Source of the DNA: Bryobacteraceae bacterium
GTDB taxonomy: Bacteria > Acidobacteriota > Terriglobia > Bryobacterales > Bryobacteraceae
Assembly (NCBI GenBank): GCA_035650295.1
Contig: DASRHX010000677.1
Coordinates: 1 to 48,625, forward strand
Direction of reading: 5' to 3'
DNA length: 48,625 bases
Each line of letters begins with the position of its first letter. Position 1 is the first letter of the stretch. Made by a program: the position numbers and the translations under genes. The notes under the pieces were generated by a model that was not told the origin of the DNA, ran no database searches, and was given only the letters and a program-made list of their open reading frames with translations. Of this stretch, positions 19,701-26,635 are shown piece by piece.

Positions 19701-20381
19701 GTTTCGTTCCGACAGCCGTGGGCCTAGCCGCTGGTCTCTGAAACTCCCACTGTGAAAATCAGCCGGCTTTGTTAGCGGTCCACCGAGCGCCGCCATCTTG
19801 CTTTCGATGTCCGCCTCGCGCTCTGGCGTCATCGGCATGGAGACGCGCGGCTTCTCCGGCAATGGACCAAAGATAGACGCAAGGTCCGACTCCTCGAACA
19901 TCGGCTCTTCGGGTGGCGCGGTCATGCCCTGGCCCGGTCTCAGGAACGGCTGTTCCAAGTTGAGCGCGCTCGCCAACGGATGCGCGTCGGGCGGGCGCGG
20001 CAGCGCGTACTGGCGCTCCTGTTCCTTGTGCAGCTGCTGCGCGTACGCGTTGGCGTCCGCGATCGTGGCGAATTTTCCGAGATGCTTGCCGCTGCGGTAG
20101 TACTCGTCCTTGGCTTCTTGATCGGACATCAGTCGCCCGGAGTCGCTGATTGTTGGGACCAGAACTTCGCGGCCGTCGCGGTCCTGGAACGACATCGAGC
20201 GCACCGTGCTGAAGCCGCCCTCCGGGTGTTCGTAACGCTTGCGGTTGTCCAGGTTGATGTTGCCGGGCTCGCGCGCGCCGGGGCGAGCCGCTGGCGCATC
20301 CTCGTCCCACCACGACTCATTCGCCGCTTTCGGTTTCGCCGCCGGCTCGTCCTCTTCCCACCATTCAGGATTTGAACTCAT
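10776..20381 (-). CDS. 3201-aa polyvalent internal-virion-type protein
   Basis: Uninterrupted 9.6-kb ORF, ATGA-coupled to the upstream gene, sitting where podoviruses place ejected core proteins. Multiple recognisable modules separated by Pro/Ala-rich linkers. Confidence 0.9.
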   Translation of the reverse strand: MSSNPEWWEEDEPAAKPKAANESWWDEDAPAARPGAREPGNINLDNRKRYEHPEGGFSTVRSMSFQDRDGREVLVPTISDSGRLMSDQEAKDEYYRSGKHLGKFATIADANAYAQQLHKEQERQYALPRPPDAHPLASALNLEQPFLRPGQGMTAPPEEPMFEESDLASIFGPLPEKPRVSMPMTPEREADIESKMAALGGPLTKPADFHSGSFRDQRLGPRLSERNQRNPLQEIEVAAARPQAPIDTRPYATFGDTLAAIPPTVVGRYGLKAVGAQEMVASQDARKKFWQAMVLPDAIRRIDEFNRTVADPRDRINYDEDPYVAEMAKRAGVRPDVFTRDWPSIANMEPQELENFKEENRALIAEQDARLEGLAKERQDIAAELQRTRPHFESEWGPDAFFFDSANSVLADMVPALVAGIALGPEAGALTMGGLVLPEEFANLKNEGHDDATALFGSMARTFAEVAPEMGVLEVALKTATGKEAMRKMIGKWAEGKRGHVISTATAEAISEEITEDINVAVDKGWLNPDMTVAEALERMARAPVLGGIMGGGVGVLTSPLPEPHIDESAFQYGTPDPLPESRPPTPPGGGAPDGFNASTVANFADILAGQGGGGFAAPNLPQQSDIPMQLPINTQAGPTIDLSELAGISVPAMRFGAGPPPDAGTMPPPATTGSPASGIGGAVGPTAPSTASQRTATPPRAGAFVIQAQVEDETSTGGPATVEATPGIHGGWTLIQPNGKSIAVPPEDRRPLEEIVAEYTSKSKNPAGVSIPEESRSLSTAFQQSAPPAPSASTEPAPTSAPQAGQPVSPTQKPPAGGAASQPRTLGEAVTPKGKRKPAAPPPAQGKLFGSEGEVVNAPPAAPAPEMPIAPPAEASARPFDTERAALNEFIKAPKKFGQVKNEETHDARAVKSARDLLPKLDELESLMAQVPAEKLSPEILTSLREDIAEIGTATNVLQREDAVGFAHVSVARLIHEAKEIAAGRVPEPTSRQKQLAEEAAKAARKGKPAKKAPAAQAAPAPAAPAAAPKFKNARDEAEHWLEEYYKVIADAEAKRDAETDPKKKAELQAHIDRHREKLKKFEAEYKKLTGEAYVRSGAAAAPPTETGETDPVKKLMAGVLANAQKPETTADDGTPLGKLKASIAGNLADSGKEITQEMVDKLHEATVTINHYMTEFTALMKSKGAEGLVEMGITPEDVQKVLDAATESQNAIDYHDQVAKAQKALKAFEEFAKKAKLKPPSLTAKKPPPAPVQAPTPPEWRKGFDEFWKFWWGHTLYKYPRSIHHKIVDAGTAINAAKSKVDGAKEEDKATANAELMAEVQKGLDAIAEAERVGMIPPVAPETEAAEKEFWEKFKVMKQEDYPKTFWNILSASTRINATRQKRDAADTPAEAVSFEGEWLAALKDGIALIDAKDHPLPAQAAPTTPPAKPAEKPAPAAPASAKPLQRGEVYPQPEGPVRQNAEGETEAADSGKTLPLETTQDKFSEVINEFPALFAAPKKRTRATDHPSYGTYLSREEAARRIESWQEHAEKQGKIKRPKGNSERVILSLFDLTGNWARPFADAGYDVRVFDIQNGADIKDFSVEWFADNMPDIHTVDGILIACPCTDFASSGARWFADKDADGRTEASKELVFQALRTVEFWRPRFWVLENPVGRIESLTGLPPARYSFNPNDFGDPYTKKTLLWGKFNTDLPVAPVEPSEGSKMHAKYGGGSLRTKNARSATPEGFAASFFMANNYLDATPAERLLSQFPEAAGAVEQALAAGFTEEQIREVVTDPYENYEYAEARDALRQLVKSATKTKAAKPAKPAAEGRADQQTLEPDIDANAPIPTLAEQADALDRAADEAEEEGNTDEAESLRRYAEEVRKGNVPREETPEPVDTSKAEERDEVRRPQRRKSKRQPGPFSMTREGEIRAAPDTIWTDNNINADLMELATPKRRFDKAVELLKARFGFRDIQMDKNLPIGEAIDALKDAWIGLTNLAAVQNVNPEFMSLNGRLAMQLHREYDGALAYYMPSTKTIGMTRRNDAFAHEWAHALDHYLVETHAQDILAIKGRHLTGKTRQGGTTQTLDEQVRDAFAMLLNSMFFNADAAATYVADLEAKIKAAKTPKQKAVLQKKLDTFIAGQSKKQDIASDYYERAKAKDGPTPEDSDKGYWQRPTEMFARVYESYIAHKIAGLPADHPFVTQSARMYDENRIGWMSVPYPQAMDRGNIFAALDTLMRAMRDRSLAPTGSAPNTIEPTDTRYWRKLAPNLPPQVMQQARSVIERLKAPFQRQLAETHRADRDARARAEQEKGIRDAKLNAKGYGPTRRWFANLGMIAAGKIKAMPAMIAFTVRGVLLSLQAKHKGNTGLATLVRMFATDPGANVGIQGKVYNDEVKHWEKDYQNRFAKIIEKHGVRGFTDGELRQMRDVLVNAIPENSVSEKIRAPAADMRRFLNDMYNYNVSNGVNIGYAKNGYLPRMIDSLVVEGDLAGFRAQAQKLYKLVYPREVGTLDHVLEDPLEHPERLENLTQYVREIARTGRVLQAKAAAKALLDDAKALNKKLAELKEAAEAGEDTDQLEDEVRALGKIIYDGLRDPWAMEAANDWEMRIRGLGDKPAFAFDQLDPNSDYTKARILPAETDQIMGDYLKNDPLELITTYISHSVHRVEFGKFFGNPASANARAGTPERKLGWKLDAAMQKANEPYTAVDGSEKRMSTDDFQELQKSIELLTGRYSTNMTQKGIRWRGRIAAVLTPFIFARALWSQISEPIVVARATRDMTDILRVFYAQMQDLVSHLPIKSAKQKSAWRREMSEYFGVVADHLADQLMLQRYNLLEMNSSDRVKAQRFFHISGIHPHAMSMRRATSQIFMQRYAPKIANRALGTGPRAVLARQALAELGLDSANLELLRELQSLGDITTVQQLDKLRHLDEIRTAINRFTDGAIMDPRAIDKPRMASQPEYSYMYGILSFQFAYQRHILIATGKRISNAWKEDKAIGVATAASAAANFALLMGSQMAAYMVRAWLYGGDDWEEQKEKLAERQFGLPNWFWQSMSRSGMFGSADPLVNAMFGLKYERDLTQLMAGPTIALPLKLIQDAARAGLNDTPMNANSEYKLTELTWRAAWIWGTSKALSIAGANPLLDAAIGYGLPFLTGGRVTKWVSETGAELMSGQDYVSPETKAKAAAGNIDAMAEAESAKATNAATTDPLLNEEIPE
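14268..14282 (-). other. HExxH zinc-metallopeptidase motif inside the giant protein
   Basis: FAHEWAHALDHY, H2034-E2035-x-x-H2038. Confidence 0.6.
15309..15745 (-). other. C5 cytosine DNA methyltransferase domain inside the giant protein
   Basis: aa ~1546-1691: motif I-like ILSLFDLTGNW, motif IV PC dipeptide in ACPCTDFASSG (P1607-C1608, nt 15558-15563), motif VI ENPVG (E1653). Confidence 0.75.
20013..20261 (-). other. Conserved N-terminal module of the giant protein
   Basis: aa 41-123 NINLDNRKRYEHPEGGFSTVRSMSF..DGREVLVPTISDSGRLMSDQEAKDEYYRSGKHLGKFATIADANAYAQQLH, a pattern I recall at the N-termini of large phage virion proteins. Confidence 0.5.
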
Positions 20382-21526
20382 TTCTTTGTCTTGATCGTTG
20401 GCGGGTTAGTCGGCGCTATGTAATCGGTCCCGGATGGCAACGAGTCGCGCTCCGCTTTGTTCGTAGGCGCCGGCAACATGCGTCCATCTGTCCAGCGCTT
20501 TTTTGCAACGGGCTTTGCGGATGTTGGTTTCGGGGGCGGGGTGGCCGCGCGCGGCGCGTCAGCGGTTGGCGCGGCTGCTGGTGGCGGGCCAGCATTGACG
20601 ATTGGGTCAGCCAGTTCGCGCGGCGCCTGCGCTGGATTGTCGGTGGCTGCACCGAACTCAGGCAGGGGGTTTTCAAAGTTGGGCGTGAGATATTCGGTCT
20701 CGCCCCAACCGAAGAATCCGCTACTCGGTTTCTGGTAGACGCCTCCGGGAAACCGCGCGTCCCAGACGCGCGACAAGCTTGTCGCGTAGTTGTGGGTATT
20801 TACTGAAGTGTCGTGCGCGATCTCATCGAACATCTTGTAGATTTCGGCATCGCCCATCTTCTTGCCGGTCGAGCGCATACGCTGATAGATGCCGACCATG
20901 ATGGCGTTGCCCATCGCTGGCGTGAGCGTGATCGCGTTGGCCTGCTGCTGAGACTGGTTGCGCAAGTTGATTTCGGCGATGTGCTGTTGGCCTTGGATGT
21001 CCAAGTATTCAAGACGATGTTTGTGCGCCAGCTCGTCTCTTTCGGTCTGAAAGTCGCGGTTTTTTTCACCCTCGCCAGCCTGGAAACTCTGGGTAACCCC
21101 GAGCCTTCGCATCGCGGCGGCGTCGGACTGCGACTTAAACTCCTGTTTCGCCACGAATGCCGCGCTCAGAGGGCCAGCAACGGACTCGGCTTCGTTGACA
21201 AACTTCGGGCCGCCGACCGTGACGATTTTGTCCATCAGGCCGGCGGCCTTCGCACGGGTTGCCTCAAGGTCCGGCTTTCCTTCTGCGTTAAGCACGGGAT
21301 CTTTGTAGAGCAGCGCAAGCTCGCCGAGATACCCGGACGCCTCGGTCTCCCTGGTGCGATCTGCTTCCTCGTTCGCGGCCTTCGTTTTCGCGTACTCGAA
21401 TTCCCACTTGTTCTGTTCGCGCGCCATCAGCTTGTCGCGATCCGGCGGCGCGAACGCGGAGGCGAGATTGCGCGCGGCGTCCGCGATCCACGGCGAGTTG
21501 TAGTAGTAGTTTGGTACGGTGGCCAT
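20378..21526 (-). CDS. Internal virion / ejection protein candidate
   Basis: Start set to ATG 21526 (AGGAG SD, just after the upstream stop); 382 aa; position between tail tube genes and the giant gene. Confidence 0.5.
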   Translation of the reverse strand: MATVPNYYYNSPWIADAARNLASAFAPPDRDKLMAREQNKWEFEYAKTKAANEEADRTRETEASGYLGELALLYKDPVLNAEGKPDLEATRAKAAGLMDKIVTVGGPKFVNEAESVAGPLSAAFVAKQEFKSQSDAAAMRRLGVTQSFQAGEGEKNRDFQTERDELAHKHRLEYLDIQGQQHIAEINLRNQSQQQANAITLTPAMGNAIMVGIYQRMRSTGKKMGDAEIYKMFDEIAHDTSVNTHNYATSLSRVWDARFPGGVYQKPSSGFFGWGETEYLTPNFENPLPEFGAATDNPAQAPRELADPIVNAGPPPAAAPTADAPRAATPPPKPTSAKPVAKKRWTDGRMLPAPTNKAERDSLPSGTDYIAPTNPPTIKTKK

Positions 21527-21534
21527 GCTGACTC

Positions 21535-22455
21535 CTAATAACCTCGTCTTCGCATACCGCCTGGAACCTTGTTGAGCCATTGCGGCCAGAATGCCCGCTG
21601 GTCTGGCGTCATATACCAATAGGGGTCATAGCCGCCCGCTGCCGCGCCGGCTTGTGTGAGGCCTGCGTTCGCAGTGGCGGCCCCGCTCGCAGCGTCTGCC
21701 ACGCCGTAGGCGCTGCCGAAACGGCCAGCGGTCGAGCCGATCTCTGCGCCGCCCGACAGCATCGGCTGACTCCAATCGAACCCCGATCCGACCTTCGCGG
21801 CCTGCATCCCTTCGGCGGTAACCTCACCAGCGGCGTTGCCGGCGGCGTTAGGTGCCGCCATTGCTCCCATTGAAACAACCGCAGAGGCGAGCTTCATGAT
21901 GTCGGCTGCCGTGGCCCAATCGCGACCCGCGCCGGCGGCCTTCTGATACAGCGCCGGAAGTACGTTGCGCTGCCACCCCTCGGTGAAGCCCTGTTGCATA
22001 CCGATGTCTTGCAAGTTGCGTGCGGCACCGATATTGGATTCTTGAAAAACATCGCCAAAGGCCCCGAGTTTTGAGAGCGCTCCGGTACGCTGGTTTTCTT
22101 CCGCCAGAGCACTCGCGCGCGCGCGCTCGTTTCCCTGGACCGTTGAAGTGGCCTGCCTGGGCGCATCGGTTGCAAGCACGCGAGTGCCGGCGTCGGTCGT
22201 GGTCGCCGTGGGCGCTTCCTGTCGATAGACTTCCGTCAGCTCCGCTGCACGCTGCGCCTCGCGATCTTTAATCCCCGTCATTTTCGTCGCGGTGTCCCGC
22301 GCAGAGGCCTCGGCTTTCGCCTGCTGCGCCTTGCGGCGCTCGCGCTCCTCACCCATGACGTGGGCCTGTGCTTTGCGCGTCTTATGCTGTGCCTGCGCGT
22401 TTGACGCCGTGCCGGCAGCCATCAGCGCGAGTGCGATCCATTCAAGCGGTGTCAT
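21535..22455 (-). CDS. Internal virion protein candidate with N-terminal hydrophobic helix
   Basis: MTPLEWIALALMAAGTASNA then an Ala/Gly/Gln-rich sequence; GGAGG SD. Confidence 0.5.
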   Translation of the reverse strand: MTPLEWIALALMAAGTASNAQAQHKTRKAQAHVMGEERERRKAQQAKAEASARDTATKMTGIKDREAQRAAELTEVYRQEAPTATTTDAGTRVLATDAPRQATSTVQGNERARASALAEENQRTGALSKLGAFGDVFQESNIGAARNLQDIGMQQGFTEGWQRNVLPALYQKAAGAGRDWATAADIMKLASAVVSMGAMAAPNAAGNAAGEVTAEGMQAAKVGSGFDWSQPMLSGGAEIGSTAGRFGSAYGVADAASGAATANAGLTQAGAAAGGYDPYWYMTPDQRAFWPQWLNKVPGGMRRRGY

Positions 22456-22457
22456 GA

Positions 22458-23084
22458 CTAGCCTCCGACCGTTCGCGTGTAACGGCTGCCACCGCCAGTA
22501 CTCCAGCCTGGGATGCGACCAAACAAGGTGCGACGGTTCTGGTTGTTGCGTTCAAGATCAGCCTGCGTCGCGAGCCCCGCCGATAGATCGGTGATGACCT
22601 GCCCGAGCATCGGCATCGCCGGTGCGTCGTAGTTGGCCTTGATCGCGGACGCTGCATTGGCGAATGCGGCCGACGAGTCGCCGGTGGCGTTGAGCTGGTT
22701 GAGCACCTGGTTCTGCGCGAATTCGACATCCGAAACGCGCTGGTTCTTCGCCCCGAGCGCCATCTGATTGACGGCGGTGTTGCCTCGTAGTCTCGCTGTC
22801 TCCTTCTCCTTCTCCTTCTTTGAAGCGACATACGAATTAAAAAGTCCCGCTCGCATGAGCCCGGCTTCCATCGCCTTGGCGGCGTCCGCGAACTGCTTAT
22901 CAACGTCCGGCTGGTAGTAGTTCTTTACGTTCTGCACCAGATCGTCGTAGTACTTCTTGTCGAAGGTATGCGCGAATTTATTGCGGGTATCCGCCGTGCC
23001 CGTGCTGATGTTGAGTTGTCGCTGCTGCTCTTCTTGCCTAGCTCGCCGGGCTTCTTTGCCCGCTCCACCGTCACCGCCAAACAT
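22458..23084 (-). CDS. Internal virion protein candidate
   Basis: 208 aa, AAGGAGA SD, Gln/Ala-rich, virion module position. Confidence 0.5.
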   Translation of the reverse strand: MFGGDGGAGKEARRARQEEQQRQLNISTGTADTRNKFAHTFDKKYYDDLVQNVKNYYQPDVDKQFADAAKAMEAGLMRAGLFNSYVASKKEKEKETARLRGNTAVNQMALGAKNQRVSDVEFAQNQVLNQLNATGDSSAAFANAASAIKANYDAPAMPMLGQVITDLSAGLATQADLERNNQNRRTLFGRIPGWSTGGGSRYTRTVGG

Positions 23085-23544
23085 GGGGGATCTCCTTCAC
23101 GTATTCGATGTTGTGGGGCAGATAGCCCGCGCGTTGTGCGACGCGTATAAACCCGCGTCTTCGCGTGTAAAATCGCATGTACTTCGCGCCACCGAGTTGC
23201 GCATAGATTTCCAGATGTGGCTGAAAGCGCGCGATGGCATCGCCACCTTTGTGCCACACGAGATAAACGAATAGTTCGATGTCACCTTCGATGTACGGGT
23301 AGTCATCGAACCGCACGATCGCGAATGCGGAGGCATCTTCCCTGTCCACCAGCAACGCGGCGCGGTCCTTGTCGAGCATGTGTCGCACGCCGTCGATCGA
23401 CCAGTCTTTGTCTGAATACATCGAGGCCAGCTGCTCGAGCCCAGGCAGAATATCCGCCCACACTGCCCTGTGATTCGGTAGATAGAAGCGCGCCGGAGCG
23501 ACGCGATCAATCTGCTGTTGATTCGGTGTAGTGCAGGCTTGCAT
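23071..23544 (-). CDS. Hypothetical protein, weak GNAT-acetyltransferase-like C-terminal pattern
   Basis: ORF in late operon; FVYLVWHKGGDAIARFQPHLEIYAQLGGAKYMRFYTRRRGFIRVAQRAGY. The functional call is weak. Confidence 0.4.
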   Translation of the reverse strand: MQACTTPNQQQIDRVAPARFYLPNHRAVWADILPGLEQLASMYSDKDWSIDGVRHMLDKDRAALLVDREDASAFAIVRFDDYPYIEGDIELFVYLVWHKGGDAIARFQPHLEIYAQLGGAKYMRFYTRRRGFIRVAQRAGYLPHNIEYVKEIPHVWR

Positions 23545-25486
23545 TACCAATTCTCGCGGGGCCGACGAAAGTGGTTCTCAGTTCAAGAGATAGGGCAGGG
23601 GACTCGCCATTGATCGCGATCTTCTGCTGCTGGTACGTGCTCTTGGTGATCGTGGCCAGCAAATCGAGTGCTGTGGGTAACGTCGGGTCAAACGATCCGC
23701 GCACGATCCACGTGCCGTAGATAGCCGCATCGATGCCGGTCCAGTTCTTCGAGGTCGCCGGCTTGCTGGCGTCGATGTACGGAACGCGGGCGAGCGCTTC
23801 GGTGTCGTCGTACGTGTCGCCATCCTCGCCGCCGTAGACAACGATGTTGTTGCCAGAGCGCCAGTAAACGCTGTTATCCGAGCTGTTCATCATGGTGACT
23901 GGCGCGCTCGTCGCGTCGTATCGCGTCCACGCTGAAATGCGGCTCGTCGGATAGAACGACAGCACGAAGAACTCATCCTTGAGCGCCATCCATAGCCGCC
24001 CGGAGCGCGGCTCGACAATCGCCCAGATGCTGTGCTTCTTTTCAACGTCGGTCAGCGTCTCCAGTTTCTGCTTCACGAGTGTATCGATCAGGTTGCCGAT
24101 GTCGGCGGCGAAGGCCTGTTCGGATGAATCGCGCGCACGCAAACTGCGGATGCCGCTGACATCCAGGTACATGACATCGGTCTGTCCCCACGGCGTCACG
24201 CTATGCGGCGCGAAAGTGCCGGTGCCGTGGATCGTCTGGCGCTTGGCGTCGCCTTCCGGGTTGTCTACTTCGATGTGCCAGACGAAGATGTGCCGCTCGC
24301 CAAACACCGCAAGCTCGCCGCCGTAGTCCGCCATCGATACGAGTTTCGGCGCGCGGTTCGTAATCATCGTGTGATCGATTTCAAGCGGACCGATGGCAGG
24401 GTCGGCCCATATCGATGGGTCAGCCGTTTCCGAGAAGCGCAGCTTCGTTCCATGCACGGAAAACATGCGGTAGTTATGTGCGACGGCGTACGTCCCGAGT
24501 TCCATCGGGCTGCCGGGAGTTTCAGGAAACGCCATAGGAACGGGCGTGCTTCTAAAAAGTGTGCCGCCGCCTGGATCGATACCGCCGGAAAGTGTGCCGG
24601 AGGCCTCGCGCAGCGCTCCGCCGCGAACTTCAACGCGCCAGCCGTTGTACAAGGGCGATGCCACATCGACCCAGAAGAGAATGTTGCCGCCCGTCCCCGC
24701 CTGTGCAAACAATTTCGGTTGTGCGGTGAGGGCGTTTGAAACGAAGTTGCATTCGTCCATGAGCGCAGCCGCCGCCGCTTCGCCGCCGGTGGGGCCAGGG
24801 TTGTACGGCACGATGATGCTACCTGCCGGGCGCCCCATCCTCGTGCCGGTGATTGTCATGAACGCGTATGCGTCAATGGGTGTGGAGCCGCCGGTGAAGT
24901 TGTAGGTAGTACTCGGCGCGACGAGATGCAGGTGATAAATTTCGATGTTCGTGGGCGTCACGCCACTCAGGTAGATAGCCGGCATCAAGTTGAGCGTGAC
25001 CTGTGGTTTGTTAACGGGCGTGCTCGTGTCTGGAACTTCGGCGTCTCCGCCGCCGCCAGGAATCTCAACCGGCGTGGGTGGAGGAATCGTCACCGCCACG
25101 TCTTTCCACCAATGCACGATGTCGCCGTCCGCGTACTGCGCAATCACGTACAGCGAGCCGCTGAATTCTTCCACTGACAAAATGCGTACCAGCGCAGTGC
25201 CGTGAATCGGTTCGGGGATGGAGTGATAGACCGTGCCGGCGGGCAGCCCGGTCGGCGGCGTCGTCGCGTCGCCCCAGGTGTGATAGACGCGCCCCTCCGT
25301 GACCCACAACCCCACCGTGCTCGACGGCAGCGTGTCCGTCACCACAAACGCGGCGCGCTTCTCCAGCTCGCCGCCCAACGTGATGTGACAGTCGCGCGCG
25401 TCTAACAACGCTCCGGCCTCCGTCGTATCGATGAGCTTGCGGGTATCGACCCCGCGCTCGAAGGATTTGACTTGCGTGTAGGGCAC
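23507..25486 (-). CDS. Tail tubular protein B / nozzle-like (T7 gp12 position)
   Basis: 659 aa, follows the adaptor-position gene downstream of the capsid; assignment is positional plus size. Confidence 0.5.
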   Translation of the reverse strand: MPYTQVKSFERGVDTRKLIDTTEAGALLDARDCHITLGGELEKRAAFVVTDTLPSSTVGLWVTEGRVYHTWGDATTPPTGLPAGTVYHSIPEPIHGTALVRILSVEEFSGSLYVIAQYADGDIVHWWKDVAVTIPPPTPVEIPGGGGDAEVPDTSTPVNKPQVTLNLMPAIYLSGVTPTNIEIYHLHLVAPSTTYNFTGGSTPIDAYAFMTITGTRMGRPAGSIIVPYNPGPTGGEAAAAALMDECNFVSNALTAQPKLFAQAGTGGNILFWVDVASPLYNGWRVEVRGGALREASGTLSGGIDPGGGTLFRSTPVPMAFPETPGSPMELGTYAVAHNYRMFSVHGTKLRFSETADPSIWADPAIGPLEIDHTMITNRAPKLVSMADYGGELAVFGERHIFVWHIEVDNPEGDAKRQTIHGTGTFAPHSVTPWGQTDVMYLDVSGIRSLRARDSSEQAFAADIGNLIDTLVKQKLETLTDVEKKHSIWAIVEPRSGRLWMALKDEFFVLSFYPTSRISAWTRYDATSAPVTMMNSSDNSVYWRSGNNIVVYGGEDGDTYDDTEALARVPYIDASKPATSKNWTGIDAAIYGTWIVRGSFDPTLPTALDLLATITKSTYQQQKIAINGESPALSLELRTTFVGPARIGNASLHYTESTAD

Positions 25487-26239
25487 CTAGAACCCCACAG
25501 AGAACGGCACGGGCTTCGCGAATACTTCCGGCTGCTTGTTCTTTTCGGTTTCCTCGCCGCCCAGGCTGAACGTGCGATTCTTCTCCGAGTTGCCGCGCAA
25601 CTTCAGATACAGGTTGGTCGCGAGCTGTAGTTTGTGCTGCGCGTCGTCTTTCTTCTCGCGCGATAGAATTTCCGCGGCAGCAAACAACACGATCAGATCG
25701 CCGTCCAGATCGAACCGATCAGCATCAGCAACGATCTCAGTCAGGAACCGAATACCTGTTAGGCGAACGAAGCCTTCCTTCGATCCAGTGAGGTCCGCTG
25801 AAGTGGATGGCAGAGGCCATACTTCAATCATGCCGCGATCGTCCGGCGTGCCGGCAGTATCGGCCGGGTCCTCTGTGATGTCCCAGCGAGTGACCGGCCA
25901 TGAGCGCTCGTTGTCCTCCGGGTCGTAGATAGAGTACTGGCGCTCGTCAATCCCCATGATGAGCGGCAACCACTGGCCACCAAATTTCACTTCCGCCGCG
26001 TCGACGCGCTCAAACGGCAAATCATCTGGCACCGAATAGAAGCGCTGCCCGGCGTTGAGCGAGAAGTCGCGCGACACGCGCAAGTGCATCCAGTCCCAAT
26101 CGGACCAGAGCCTGCGCTGCGTGCGCTTTAACACCTGAATCAGCGTGTCGCGGTTGTTGATCCCGTGGGCCGCGTTCTGACTGTAACCACACTCCGCCTT
26201 CAGTTCGGAGAGAAGTTCGCCGAGAGTGTTACCGCGCAT
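25487..26239 (-). CDS. Tail tubular protein A / adaptor-like (T7 gp11 position)
   Basis: 250 aa, abuts the next gene with no gap; positional assignment. Confidence 0.45.
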   Translation of the reverse strand: MRGNTLGELLSELKAECGYSQNAAHGINNRDTLIQVLKRTQRRLWSDWDWMHLRVSRDFSLNAGQRFYSVPDDLPFERVDAAEVKFGGQWLPLIMGIDERQYSIYDPEDNERSWPVTRWDITEDPADTAGTPDDRGMIEVWPLPSTSADLTGSKEGFVRLTGIRFLTEIVADADRFDLDGDLIVLFAAAEILSREKKDDAQHKLQLATNLYLKLRGNSEKNRTFSLGGEETEKNKQPEVFAKPVPFSVGF

Positions 26240-26240
26240 T

Positions 26241-26582
26241 TCATGCGCTCTTTGCGCTCACCGCGAATTTCGCCGACGCCTCTGCGGGCTTCAGCAAAGC
26301 GGGGTTGACGCCGAGTGAATCGATACGCATCGGGAACGCGGGGCCTGGAAAGTCGCGCCAGATGTTTTGGATGCGCTCGCGATGCAGTGGATAGAGTTCC
26401 TTGAGGCGTTCAATTTCCTCCGATGGCTCGCGCTTTATTTCGCCAATGGGTTCGATCTGGATGACAGCGTCAGCGCCGTGCAGCGCCTGCAAGAGCAGGA
26501 TTTCCGCAGGCGTGAGGCCGAGCTTCCAAACCATGTTGTTGCGGTCGCCCGTGAGCGCCACCATCGCGTTCAGTGTCTGCAT
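26241..26582 (-). CDS. Small head-associated hypothetical protein
   Basis: 113 aa, GAGGGAAG SD, between capsid and adaptor genes. Confidence 0.5.
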   Translation of the reverse strand: MQTLNAMVALTGDRNNMVWKLGLTPAEILLLQALHGADAVIQIEPIGEIKREPSEEIERLKELYPLHRERIQNIWRDFPGPAFPMRIDSLGVNPALLKPAEASAKFAVSAKSA

Positions 26583-26603
26583 TGCTCTTCCCTCGCGTTA
26601 GAG

Positions 26604-26626
26604 GCGGGGGGCACAGCGCCCCCCGC
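26604..26626 (-). terminator. Strong GC hairpin immediately after the capsid gene (attenuator / mRNA stabiliser)
   Basis: GCGGGGGGC/GCCCCCCGC 9-bp all-GC stem with a 5-nt loop and no clear U-tract. Confidence 0.45.
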
Positions 26627-26635
26627 TGATCTGCA

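Noticed and set aside
11143-20375. Many long + strand ORFs inside the giant gene (for example 13182-13868, 16131-17033, 18262-19431, 18882-19571)
   Set aside because: They are antisense to an uninterrupted 9.6-kb ORF that has recognisable domains. Their products are Arg/Ala/Pro/Ser-rich low complexity without SD boxes. This is the typical shadow-ORF behaviour of high-GC DNA.
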